NCBI RefSeq assembly: GCF_006345805.1
Contig: NC_043000.1
Location: 84,196,001-84,260,000 of the forward strand
Reading direction: 5' to 3'
From: Octopus sinensis
Taxonomy: Eukaryota
DNA: 64,000 nt
In this document: positions 26,670 to 39,900 of the stretch, one piece after another
Position numbering within the stretch: the first letter of the stretch is position 1
How the letters are laid out: each line of letters opens with the position of its first letter
Notes under the pieces: model-generated
Database searches by the model: none
What the model was told of the DNA's origin: nothing
The model's input: the letters and a program-made list of their open reading frames with translations, nothing else
Translations under genes and position numbers: made by a program

Positions 26670-27560
26670 TTTCCCCTTGTTTACAATTAACACGGAAACA
26701 TAGATAAACAGTTACCAGAGCAGCAAAAAATCGTGCAAGTAAAAAGGGCGTAACACCGTGTTTTTAAAGGTAGAAACTCCGGGTTTATGTGAAATATTTT
26801 GTATAATATATATAAATAAATAAATTGAGTTAAATGCAGGTATTGTTCAAAATCTTTTCCTTCCGAAACATTTTTCGAAGACATCATTGGTATTATTCCA
26901 AAGGAATAAAATGGTGTAAAACAATGTAATCTTCTCTTCAAGGAAATGAAGAAATAAAACAAGCTCGTCAATAAGACATTTTAACAGAATATGATGGATA
27001 TGTATAGTGACGAACTGAACGCTATTAAGTTAAAAAAAAAACGTTAGAGGATATAACGTCAAAGGTAGCCTATAGAAAGAAGAGGGATTAAGGAAAGAAA
27101 AACCAGAAACCAAATAAATGAGAAATATAGAACGATATGTGAATTAAATAAAAGCCTAAAGTCTTGGGAAAATATATCTAGTAGAAGTGGAACGTAAGAA
27201 GAAAATCAATGTTCAAATTATATATAATGGTAGATATCGCTTATATGAACTAAAGGTATGTTTCTTCCAATGTTTACATCGATAAGCACGCTCTATAAAG
27301 GGGATTTTTAGAAGAAAGAATAAAAAATAGCTCACAATTACAGAGATGACAAAATTCCTTGCCTTTATCATATGGGAACGAAATGGAAAGAATCAACCAA
27401 TCTAAATTAAATTTAGATACCAAATTAATTTACTAAGCCCTGTACTGTTACGTTTATTAAAATCCCTAAATGTGGAATAATGATTAGAAAATATTTTAGA
27501 TAACTGAGAAGAAGAACTACCTGTATAAAAAAAAAGACATCGGTACCTGAAGTAATTTTA
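26670..27560 (+). pseudogene. Heavily decayed Penelope-like RT C-terminus and GIY-YIG endonuclease region
   Basis: Broken peptides KHFSKTSLVLFQRN, GKIYLVEVERKKK, RYRLYELKVCF and LAFIIWER in the expected PLE order; many stops. Confidence 0.4.
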
Positions 27561-27845
27561 CACTGTTATATAGAGTTTTTAATCTTAGAATTACTTGACA
27601 TAAACTTAATTCTGTTGGAATTGACTTCAGAGACAATAACCTTATTATTGATATTTCTAGGGGGATGGTTGGTATTAGCTAAATTAATGTTAGTATTAGT
27701 AAATTGATTCTTATTTAACAGACTAATATTATGTGAGGAGAATTCTATACCCAGAATTCTTTAGGAAATTCCTAATGATTGCTTCCCGAAACATACATAC
27801 ATACGTGAGTGTGTGGTGTGTGGTGTGTGTGTGTGTATGTATATG

Positions 27846-27900
<55 letters not shown>

Positions 27901-27904
<4 letters not shown>

Positions 27905-28960
27905 GTATCAAAAAGTTCCCAGACTAGTTATGTTTAGTAAAAGATAACTTATTTACCTAAGTTTTAACATTATCTCTTTCGAAATAGTTACCTTGCACAG
28001 CAATACACTGGTACCAGCATTCCTGCCACTCTTGGAATCCTTCCTGGAAGCCGTTTTCCCTAAGCGAGTCGAAGATTGTTTATGATTCGCTCTTGATCTC
28101 GACAACGGTGTTAAATCGGTGGCCTTTGAGCTGTATTTTCATCGTGAGGAAGAGATAGAAGTCCTCAGGTGCCAAATCTGGCGATAACGTGGTTTTGGTG
28201 AGAAAATCACGTGTGAAGAGAGCTCGGTGACAGAGGGCATTGTCGTCGTGAAGAATCCAATTCTTCGCAATCCACTTCAAAACGTTGCAGTAGAACTTTC
28301 GATTGACGGTCTGGCCTTGGTTGACGAATTCTCGATGCACAATACTGTAGATGTCGAGAAAAACGATGACCACGCTCTTGATTGAGTTGCTGTTCTGTTA
28401 TGCCTTCTGAAGTCGTGGAGATGAAGGGCTCTTCCACTGTGACGACTGCTGCTTCGTCTGAGGGTCGAACCCGTAGACCTAATTCTCATTAATTGTGAGG
28501 ATGCTCGACATGACAGACGGGTGATCAGCGGCACGCTGACGGAGATATTGAGAAACTTCGACATGATGTTCTTTCTGCTCAGTGGTCAGCAGGAGGGGGT
28601 CAAACTTAACAGAGACACGCTGCAAATTCAATTCCAATGTTAAGATTGCCTGCACGGACCCATACGACAGACCAACATCAGCAATGTCGTTAATTGTTCT
28701 CCAACGATCTTCATGCACAAACTCATTAATTTCCTCCACATTTCCGAGGGGGACGCTCGTGGCAGGACTTCCAGATCGCTCATCGTCTTCCCAGGACGTT
28801 CTTCTCCTTTTGAAGCGCCCGTGCCACTCGAAACATTCCGCACTACCCATTGCCTCGTCGCCGTAAGCTTGCCGAAGCATGCTCAATATTTCTGTAGCAG
28901 ACTTCCCAAGTCTAACGCAAAATTTCACGTTGGCTCTTTGTTCCAAGTGAGGGTGGATAG
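27901..28960 (-). mobile_element. mariner (DD34D) transposon relic; 3' TIR present, 5' TIR absent
   Basis: Transposase 28946 to 27957: LEQRANVKFCVRLGKSATE, WHGRFK, EDDERSG, YGFDPQTKQQSSQWKSP, WILHDDNA, SPDLAPEDFYLF. TIR-like GGTATCAAAAAGTTCCCAGACTAGT at 27904-27928. Confidence 0.93.
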
Positions 28961-28961
28961 T

Positions 28962-29136
28962 GATCTCTTGGCTGTAAAACCATCTGGTGAAAACAACAGT
29001 ATATTTCGATCTTGTTAAATCTCAACAGCGAAACATATTCATCTCACACATTGAGATACATATGTTTCGCTGTTGAGATTGAACAAGATCGCAACATACC
29101 ATTGCTTTCACCAGATAACTTTACAAGCAAGAGATC
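28962..29136 (-). other. 85-bp-arm fold-back (5-nt loop) with G-U-biased mismatches
   Basis: Hand pairing of 28962-29046 with 29052-29136 gives 72 Watson-Crick pairs, 9 A.C mismatches on + (G-U on -), 4 other mismatches and no indels. Confidence 0.9.
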
Positions 29137-30103
29137 CTACTCTAACTGCATCGCCTGTATTTTCTAAATATTTTTGTAACTTCTGCCTACTGAAAAATTA
29201 ATTCAAATAATAGCTGACAATGATGACATCCCCATTCCCTCTGTTTAATACCCAATAGTATTTATGTGTTTTAATACACATCACACGTCTCCTATATTCC
29301 AGTGTTCACTTTACATACCATTCAGAGCCAGTACTCTGTACTTCCTATCATATGGCACAAAGCTAAATGTCCTACACACATACTTTTCTTCCATATTTAT
29401 ATGTCTCTATATCCACACACAGTAAGTGATCATCATCCATCTTTAATTTATTATTTGTGGTGGCTTTTCTATAACCGAACAATCATTACACTAACTTTAT
29501 CTCTCCAATATTTCTTATAAATTTGATTCTGTTCCGTTTTCCATTAATAATTTTTCATTCTAACAATATATATATACATTCACATATATAACTGTATATA
29601 TATATGTGTGTATGTATCTTTGTATGTATGTATGCATGCATGTATGTATGCATGCATGTATGTATGCATGTATGTATGAATATTCTTGCTGAGATAAAAA
29701 AATATATATATTTCTAATAATTTATTCTTTCAATATTGATTTTATTTATAAATTGATTCATTTATTTATTATATGTGTGTATATTTTGTGTGTGCGTGTG
29801 TTATTGATTAATTTCTCCCATAACTTTGTATTCAAGGTGTCTTTCCAAAGATTTTATATCTCAACTAACAGCCTCGAACATTTATCCATTCGCTACAAAC
29901 ATTTACCGATTGTCAACTGAATCTTAGAAAAAAACATTATTAAATATTCATTTTCTCTCTCCCCATTCTTCTCTTTTTTCTTTCTCTTTCATCGTGTCTA
30001 AAGATACATGCATGCACACACATACACAGAGAAGCACACATATATGTTTGTGTGTGTATGTGTGAGAGATACAGAGAGAGAGAGAGAATGAGTGAATGTC
30101 TGA

Positions 30104-30138
<35 letters not shown>

Positions 30139-30325
30139 TGTGTGTGTGTGTGCGCGCGTGCGTGCGTGAGTGTGATATTAATGAGTTCGCCTCGCAATTA
30201 GGTGTTCTGCAGACGATTTCAAAGGAAGTGTCTTCTACATTCATATCGTCATGTTGAGCATACCTTGTGATTGAAATTTACAGAAGTTTGTCGTATATAC
30301 ATACATATGTACACACACACATCAA

Positions 30326-30356
<31 letters not shown>

Positions 30357-30758
30357 AACACACACATACACACACATATACACACACACACACACACAAA
30401 CAAACACACACATATAATGGTATAATGTTAAACTGTCGTTTGTCCAAATTTGGCAGAATGCGTCGTTTTTTCAATATTTATTTTTGCTTGCAATATCCTG
30501 TTCTTTTGGTCAAACTATCGTATCTCCAGATGCTTCAAGTGTCAAGATATCAAAAATTGCGAAAGTGTAGTACGACACTTTTGCTATAGAATGGTAAAAC
30601 TATATTTTCGTTTTCTGGAAAAGCAGCTTTTTTGGACTTACGAAACTTTGCATAATAGCAACGATATATATATCCGTATATATATATATATTCGTGTGTG
30701 TATGCATGTGTGTGCGCGCGTGCGTATGTACATGTATGTATGTATATATGTATGCATG

Positions 30759-30792
<34 letters not shown>

Positions 30793-31054
30793 TGTATGTA
30801 TGTATGTATGTATGTGTATGTATATTTATATTGATATAGCTGTATTTATGCAAAATTTAGTAACAGTCATTTAGCAAAATTTTGAAGTACTCTGAATACA
30901 TGCAAGTTCATACATGCACACATAAATAATGCATGCATATATATGTATATGTATATGTATAACTAACTATCTATCTATCTACATATGGATACGTATTCAT
31001 AGACAGATATAAACATATGTGATATATATAGTTTATCGACCAGCATATCAGATG

Positions 31055-31420
31055 TGCTTATACATCACTGGCTACAATGTGCGTTAATTCCTCCCTCGAT
31101 TGTGCTCCACTTCTCTTCCATTTAGGCTCCGATTGATTAACTATGTCGTCTACACATCGTCCTGGAGGCCATCTCAGTGGTCTCTTTCAATCGCTCGAAT
31201 ATTTCTCGACAAACTACATGGGTTCACGTGTTGTTTGTAAACCTTTTAAGCCCAGTGAAATTTGTGCTTTTAGTATCCTAAGGTTATGTCACCCACGCCA
31301 CTTCGTTCACGAAATATCTCCCACATGGATCATTCCATGGTTCTCTGTGTCATAGCCATTCGCTGATCTTCAACCATGTCTCAAGTAGAATGATAGAACG
31401 GTCGGATAGAGCACAGGTAA
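31055..31420 (-). pseudogene. RTE-clade LINE ORF 3' end relic
   Basis: Broken peptides MAMTQRTME, RERSGVGDI, KFHWA, RPLRWPPGRCVDD, PKWKRSGAQSR, matching the RTE tail TQRAMER..RSGV.DI..KW.WAGH..RGRP..RW.DD..W...AQDR. Confidence 0.7.
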
Positions 31421-31644
31421 AACGATGCTATTGAATGTATATCTATATATTTGTGTATGTGTGTGTGTGTGTGTGTGCATGTGTGTGTGTGTGTGCATGT
31501 GTGCGTGTGCATACTATCAGACACATAAAAACAAGCAAATACACCTATAAATGTTTGTATATGTAGTTCAGTGGGGTTTATGGTTTACGAGCACATAAAA
31601 CCAAGAAAGAGACAACTCGATGAAGCAGTACATTAAAGGTATTT

Positions 31645-32238
31645 AGGCGCTAGCGTGGCTGTGTGGTAAGAGGAGCTTGCAGCGAGCTGGCAGGAACGTT
31701 AGCGCGCCGGGCGAAATGCGTAGCCGTATTTCGTCTGCCGTTACGTTCTGAGTTCAAATTCCGTCGAGGTCAACTTTGCCTTTCATCCTTTCGGGGTCGA
31801 TAAATTAAGTACCAGTAGCGCACTGGGGTCGATGTAATCGACTTAATCCGTCTGTCTGTCCTTGTTTGTCCCCTCTGTGTGTGTGTGTGTGTGGGTAGTA
31901 AAGAAATAGGTATTTCGTCTGTCTTTACGTTCTGAGTTCAAATCCCGCCGAGGTTGACTTTGCATTTCATCCTTTCGGGGGTCGATAAATTAAGTACCAG
32001 TTACGCACTGGAGTCGATCTAATCGACTTAGTCCCTCTGTCCTTGTTTGTCCCCTCTGTGTTTAGCCCCTTGTGGGCAGTAAAGAAATAAGAAGCTGCTT
32101 GCTTCCCAACCACATGATTCCGGGTTCAGTCCCTCTGCGTGACACCTTGGGCAAGTGTCTTATACTATTGCCTCGGGTCGACCACCGACCAAAACTTTGT
32201 GAGTGGATTCGGTTGACGGAAACAAAAAAAAGCCCGTC

Positions 32239-32281
<43 letters not shown>

Positions 32282-32515
32282 TGTATAGATTTATGTATGT
32301 GTGTCTTTGTGTCTGTGTTTGTTCCCCAACATCACTTGACAACCGATGCTGGAGTGTTTACGTCCCCGTAACGTAGCGGTTCGGCAAAAGAAACTGATAA
32401 GTACTAGGCTTACATAGTATAAGTCCTTGGATCGATTTCTTCAACTAAAAAAGACCCTTAAAAGTGGTTCCCCAGCATGGCACCAATCAAATGACTGAAA
32501 CAAATAAAAGAATAT
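31645..32515 (+). mobile_element. SINE family A split by a SINE family B insertion
   Basis: The head AGGCGC..GCTGTGTGGTAAG..GCTTGC (31645-31680) resumes as GCTTGCTTCCCAACCAC after 32090. Confidence 0.85.
31681..32090 (+). mobile_element. SINE family B with tandem-duplicated body (head-body-body)
   Basis: The body starts at GTATTTCGTC (31726) and again at 31910; both bodies end in GTAAAGAAATA. Confidence 0.92.
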
Positions 32516-33213
32516 CCCAATTACTGAGAGTTATTGCAATAATCTCGTAATTTTAAGGAAATAAATTAAATATCTTAATGCACTGCATCTCAGTCTGATG
32601 AACTGGCAGAAGAAACTGATTAGAAACTGCTATCTTGTACATTTTAGTATATAACTTATAGACACAAAGGCGCAAACACATGCAAATTCGTATACACATG
32701 CTTAAAGGCGTACACACATGTATATGTGTGTATGTTCCTAAATACACACTTATATACGCACATTTTTATATGCGTCAGTGTATTTACTTATTTTTATTTT
32801 TATTTATACTCATGTTAAAATACACCTCAATATACATCCACAGATATATCCATACAATCAAATACTCATTCCTTATGTACATATACAAGAGTAATAAGCT
32901 GCAATATTTCTAAATATGTATTGTTATAAAATACTCATATCTATACAGATGATCATATATTTGGCCGTCTGTGTGTGTGTGTGTATATCTGTATATGTCT
33001 TTAATGAGTGTACTCATTATTTCAAAATATGTTCTCCAAATAGCGTTTTTTTTATTTTCAATTATGGCATGTATTACTTTTCTTCAATTGAAATATATTT
33101 CATTCTTCATGTTTCTACGAATTCCTTTGTCCTTCCTTAATTAAATTAACTTTGAGAATATAGCTCTCTCTCTCTCTCTTTCTCTCTTTCTCTCTCCTCT
33201 CTCTCTCTCTCTC

Positions 33214-33289
<76 letters not shown>

Positions 33290-35924
33290 TCCACGACTGT
33301 TTTTTTTTTTATCTATTCATCTTTCGACATTCGATCTCCGCTTTCTCCTCTTCATTAAATATTAAGCTACTTGAAATATACCTTATTTATATACCAGATA
33401 TCTATTATAAAAGTAATTATATTTGACAAAAGTCTGAATATAAAATTTTCAATTTAATTTCTCCGTCACCTATATTAATGATATTATTTAAGTGAAATCA
33501 GCGGGGCTACCTCTATATATGGTCGCTCCATCTGCAAGAATCTACCCAAATGCACCACAAATATTACCCTACCTACGTTTAAGTGGATTAAATATACATG
33601 ATAAACTACACTAGATATAATATAACAAAAATCAAGACAAGTTAGTCACTGTTGGAATGTCGGTCTAATGATTAACACTCGCCAACCAGAAATGCTTCTC
33701 TCAGTATGTCGTCGGAGAAAGAATCTGACTCCTAAAACCTCAAAACCTTCTTACAAAGTCTATTAAGTACTTAACCATAAGAAACAACTCAATTTAAAAA
33801 TTTACAAATATTGCAATGACAATAACGCCAACAACAGCAACAATACTGACAGAAAGTAACATTATACTATCTCTGTTTCCAATACCACAGCTTTGCACAC
33901 AATGTAAATACAGAGAAACAAAGAAGCCTGAAAAGTTTGCAGTTAAACATTAACAACATTAACAAAACTCATTTGCATAACAAAATATTTTTACAATCAT
34001 CATACACACTCTGTAATAAGAATTTTTACTACTTGATGTCTTAGCATTCTATATTACACTAAAATGGAACGATACATTTCTTTCCTCCACGTTGACGGTC
34101 TGACTACATGCATAAATGCGAGCACTCAATACACTGATATCACAAATCATGTAAACTAATGCGAAATGATACTACACTATACATATTGAGTATACGAAGC
34201 ACTTCAATTGGTGTGTGTGTGAGGGGAGGAGATAGAGAGGGGTGTGGGGGGGATAGAGAGGGTGTGTGTGTGTGGGGGGGAATGAGTTTGCACTGGTTTT
34301 AGACCCTCTCTCCCAGTGAATTTTAAATTTCTTAGTTTGGGTTTAAACTCAGGTTTGTTTCTAGTTATAGGCTTTCAATATTCATAGCCGCTTTGTCGCC
34401 TCTACTAGAAATAAGAGATGCCAGGTTTTCTCCCAGATTTCGCAAAGAAACAGAGACACAACGAAGAGTATTTTAAGGAAAGCTAAGTTGGAGTTAATTT
34501 ATTAATATAGTCTACTTAACTGAAGTATATAATCCTTTAATCGAGAGGTATATCGAATTAACTCAACTAACACTATATTTTATCAACCGGAGAAAGATGA
34601 AAAAAATCAAAGACAACCCTCTCTTTAAAAGGATTTGAAGTTAGAAAGTAAATCGTGTCTGAAAGCTGTAAGGCCTTTTTGTTCAACACAATTTAACTAA
34701 ATCTATAAAATCAGACATTTGCACTGAATGCATAAAATATTTCTGTTGCAATTACGTCACTTAATTACTTACTTTCGTTCAATTTTCTCTTTGATTTGAT
34801 GTGATCTTAAAAATTAATTTTCTTCAGATATTATCAGTTCATTCTCATATTCGTCTGTTCGATGAATAGTTTCAATATTTTTCATTTGTTCCATTGTAAT
34901 TACTAAATTGAAAATTGAAATCTATGAAACTGATTTCAGCCATCTTAGTTTATTAAAGATGTAGTTAGGAAAATTATTTCAACCTCTTCTTTTTATTTTC
35001 TTTCTTTTTCATCTTTACCTTCTCCGTTTTTCTTCGCTTTCGGTGTTTTCTCTTTTCCTCTCTCCTTTTACCTTCTTAACCACCTTTTTCTCTTCATTGC
35101 CATTTGTTTTTAGCTTAGCTTTTCTATATTTTATTTATTTTTCTTTTCATCCTTTTCGTAATCTTTTTCAATTTCTCCTTTATATTTTCAACAACATTTC
35201 GCTTCTTTCATTAATATTTATTTTCATCACATAATTCTGATAACTGTTTGTTAATCAGTATTTTTATTATTCTTTGTTTTTAGTCTTCAAATCCATTTCA
35301 TTAATAATTCGGAATTTTTTTTTTCGTTCATTCCGCACATTACTTTTCTTTTCTTTAATTTCCAACTTACCTTCTTCAGCACCTTTCCCACCAATACACA
35401 CACTTTCCTTATATGATTATTGTTAATTTTTTACACGAAGAGAATTTGCTTGAATGCGTTCTTGGAAATGGATTAAATTACAGTGACAGAAAACCGCATC
35501 CGGTTTACATAAATTCCCCCAGGGAGCGCCAATTAGCATTTAAGTTGCAACAATAAGATATAAATCAAAATTGTGAACTAAGTCGATTTCATGAATATAT
35601 GATTGCATCTGGAAGCAATGTTATTTAATGACGTCTCTTATTCTTACCTAGACATAACGTATTTTAAACTCACAACCTAAAGGTTCAATTGCACCAAAGC
35701 ATTTGTTCTAATATATTTCCCACTTCTCTTTTCCGGTTTCAACGCCGTTACTCGACATATTTCATTCTGATCAGATTTTACTATTTTAAAAAAGACATTG
35801 ATTAGTGAAGTTCCTGATATTTATGCTTGATAGAGGCATAATGGGCGATCAACCCGCTCAACCAGACTGTCCTCGGAGTTATAGAACAATATTTTTTAGT
35901 GAGCAGGGATATTGATTTCAAATT

Positions 35925-36068
35925 TGTGCACAAGGCTAGCAACTTCAAGGTAAGTCGATTACACCAACTCCAATGTTCAACTGGCACTTATTTTCATCGA
36001 TCCCGAAAGAATGAAACGTAAAGTCGATCGCGGTGGAATTTGAACTCAGAACATAAAAACAGACGAAT
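35925..36068 (-). mobile_element. Partial SINE family B
   Basis: GAAAGAATGAAACGTAAAGTCGA..GGAATTTGAACTCAGAAC. Confidence 0.75.
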
Positions 36069-36463
36069 CCGGAACCGTGTGGTAGAAAAACAAACGCATT
36101 ACCATAACATAATATCTAATAATGAAATATATGATATAACGAACGTCAAAACCAAATGGCTTATTTTGAGGTCAGACAAAATTTTGTGATCAAGAAGTGA
36201 ATAAAAAATGACAGCGTAGCAAACACTTTACATGCAATTACTTTTGAAGACTTCTTTGAATAAATGTCAGTTTGCTTGGGAAAAAAAAAAAAACAATGCA
36301 ATTATTAATAAGAAGCGTTGAAATGAATGGATGCAAGATTTCGCAGCTCCAGCATCACTCCTTCACAATCAGCCTATGAACTTTTTAGTATACCCTCGTA
36401 GATGACGCTGATACAACCATGATTGAGTGTTACCCTGAGGATCTGAGCGGAACAAAGTTGTCT

Positions 36464-36522
36464 CTTCTTCTTCTTCTTCTTCTTCTTCTTCTTTCTTCTT
36501 CTTCTTCTTCTTTCTACTACTA

Positions 36523-36577
<55 letters not shown>

Positions 36578-36602
36578 GCTACTGCTGCTGCTGCTGCTGC
36601 TG
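36464..36602. repeat. Compound (CTT)n(CTA)n(CTG)n trinucleotide repeat
   Basis: Directly visible; explains the poly-L/S/T/A ORFs. Confidence 0.95.
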
Positions 36603-37432
36603 TTGCAATTTGTAAACAACAGCATCGTAGTTATAGATTTTCAATGAACTAATTACGGTATTTCCGAAAACGTGAGTGACAACGAAATGTCTGAATCACT
36701 GCTCGTGAAGCAGCGCTGCTTTTGTTGTCTAACCGATATTTATATCCAACGTCGATAAACAACGGCGCGGCGAAATATACATACACATAGATATATATGT
36801 GCACGCTCAATATATATACATACACACACATACACATACTAATGCACTATGGGCTTTTGCACAATTTCTGTCAAACAAATTCCACTCGCAAGATATTGAG
36901 CAATCGAACATTTGGGAGATGTGTTTCCAGTGTCGTACAGAACTAGGAAAGAACGTGGTTATGGGTAAATTCCTGAATTGCACCATCGTATCTGTGTTTA
37001 CATGTCAGGAGGAAGAATATGATAATAGACCAGGAATTAGAGAAAAACAGTCGTTTATTGTAATTTTAATGTTTTGATAATTGCTTCTGTGTAGCGAACA
37101 CCAACTCCTATATTCTTTCAAACGAATGATTAGATTTTTATATTTACAAAGGAGAAAATGCCCAAGATATATGCTGCTTACAAGGAACTTATTCATTGCT
37201 TTCCAACACAACTCTTCTATTATTTTATTGGTTCTAATTTATCTTTTACGACGCTGGAATGACAGAAGAAATAATGTGTTAAACAGAATGCTTTAATGTT
37301 AGTTCTGTCCGTTCTTTGGGGTCACCTTTATTTTTCACTCCTTCGGAATTGATAAAAGAAGTTGCAGTGAGCAGTGTATATATCTGGTTTCTTATAGCTT
37401 TTCAGAACTACATAAAATGGTACCATAAGACA

Positions 37433-37466
<34 letters not shown>

Positions 37467-37539
37467 TGCGTGCGTGCGTGCGTGCGGTATGTGCGTGCTT
37501 GCGTATGTGTGTGTGTGTGTGTGTGCGTGTATGCTTTTT

Positions 37540-37760
37540 TTTTAATTGTTTCAGTCATCAGCCTGCGGCCATGCTAGGGCACCCCCTTGAAGAATTTTTA
37601 CTCGACTGAATTGACCCTAGTAGTTATTTTTTAAGCCTGGTACTGATTATTCGGTCTCTTTAGCCAAACCGCTAAGTTACGGTGACATAAATGCATTATC
37701 ACCGGTTTTCTAGCGGTGGTGAGGGATGAACACAGACACATAGGCACATACACACACACA

Positions 37761-37805
<45 letters not shown>

Positions 37806-37965
37806 GTATACGACGCACTTCTTTCAGATTCCATCTACCAAATCTATCCACAAGGCTATAGTCGGCCCTAGAATATAGTAGAAGACATTTGCGCAAGGTG
37901 TCATGCAGTGGGGCTGAACCCTTGACCCTGCGGTTGGAAAGCAAGCTTCTTACCACACAGCCACA
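37540..37965 (-). mobile_element. SINE family A
   Basis: Reverse complement of the family A head (CTTACCACACAGCCAC) and 3' module (CCGCTAAGTTACGG, GCGGCCATGCT). Confidence 0.85.
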
Positions 37966-38222
37966 TATATATGTGTGTATGCGCGCACGCGCGTGTGTGC
38001 ATCTATGCATATATGTAAGCAGAGGAAATGAATATGAGAGCAGTATGTGTCTGTGTTTTGGACTTCTGAGTATCTAGAGCATAATGGGCTTTAGAGTTTT
38101 TAGTTTGTGTCCTTTTTTTTTTATTACCACTTCCAGTCCCAGTGAGATCTGCCTTACACTCGAATCCAATGTCTATAAAATAGCTTCAATAATACACTGG
38201 GATTAAATTAGGTTAGGGTAAG

Positions 38223-38425
38223 CACTCATTGTGGAGTGGTGACCAATTGTCTTGGAACCAGCATTCTAGGATGAATGGCGCCGGCTGTCATACAACCAGC
38301 ACTTTAGAGTGCTGGTTGTATGTAGAAACGACACTCTAGGGAGAGTGATGGTTATGCCTCGTGTAGAACCTGCACTTTATGTAGTGCTAGTCAGCTCTCA
38401 TGCAACTATTACTCTAATTTGAGTG
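38223..38425. repeat. Degenerate array of six CACTC-N6-GAGTG-type palindromes at about 38-bp period
   Basis: Palindromes start at 38223, 38262, 38300, 38332, 38372 and 38410. Includes a perfect 15-bp-arm hairpin at 38289-38322. Confidence 0.7.
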
Positions 38426-39756
38426 GCTACTAGTTCGCTTGGCAGCTTCTTTCTAGTGTGGGTGATATCCAGACCCTATACCACCCTTATTCTACGGTGA
38501 GTAATGGTTATTTCTCCTGATAACCAGGAACATGATAGAATCTGGATCCTTTTTTGGAGTTTTTTACTTTATGTCCATTGGTAATACTGACAAAAGTAAC
38601 ATGAACACCATTCTCGTCTTTATTCCCCATCTCAAGCCAGTGTAAATCAATTATTCTCTTAAGAATTAATAGAATAACACAGAATCCTCCGCGGAATTAC
38701 GTTGTGTTAAATCTCTGTCGCACATTTCAGCGTTCAAATAACGTGAAGAGGAATATTTAAAGAAGGGACAAAGTTGATACAGAAATAAACCGGAGAAATA
38801 ACAGTAGCTAGGATACGTGTTTTGAGATATATATGATTGAGGGAATGAGAAAAAGAGACGATGTGTAACGACAGAAAGAAAGAGGGGGAGAGAGAACGAG
38901 AGAGGCAGAGATGGGGGTTAAAGATTTCATATGAAGAGAATGAACTGATTTAACAGTGAGCAAAGAAATGACATTTCCAAGAATGTTTGGACAAGGAGGA
39001 TTTTTTTAAGGTTTCCTGCAAAATTCGAACGGACTTTGAGGGATGTAAAATCAATAAGTGAAAGGTTAGAGTAATGTCAAACAGATAAATAACACGACGA
39101 TATCGACAGGAGATAAAACCGCAGAGTCTGATGAACAAATGTAAAATTTGATCTCTAGCGTCATCTGTCAAAGAAGTGATGACAGCAGTGAAAAGAGAAA
39201 ATGTCTCGATATGTGACATTCTTATCAAAATTTAATAACAGCTCTATCGTGTTTTTGAACTAAACAAGTAATGTTAGAACCATTTGTTAAACACGTGGAA
39301 GAATCAATAGGATATAAAGAAGAGAAGAGAGAAATGTGATGAAGATCAGTCGACTAAGTTGACTGTACTGCTAGCTGCAGATGACACGATGATGTCTAAT
39401 ACTAAAAAAAAATGGTAACCCGATGTCAAAGGAGACAAATGTGTGGCTGTATGAATGCAGGAGTGAATGATACAAGCAAAGAAAACATATTATGATATGT
39501 GAACGTTTGGTTTTATAATGTTGTCACTATTAGACAACGCACCGAAATCATTTGCAAGTTAAGAGATAATGGTTGCAATGAGATCTTGTCAAAGGAGACA
39601 GAACGTGTGAAAATCAATAATGTGATGACAATGGGGAAATGATGGTGGAAAATAGACTATATGTTTTATGTATGAAGCAGCCGGCAGTGAAGTTTATATA
39701 AGTAACATTTGGAATTAATCAGTTTGTAATAGACTCACAAATATAGTATAGATAAT

Positions 39757-39871
<115 letters not shown>

Positions 39872-39900
39872 TATATATATATATACGCACATATCAGGAG

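Noticed and set aside
32590-32630. CTGATGA..GAAA hammerhead-like string
   Set aside because: No adequate stem I, II or III pairing.
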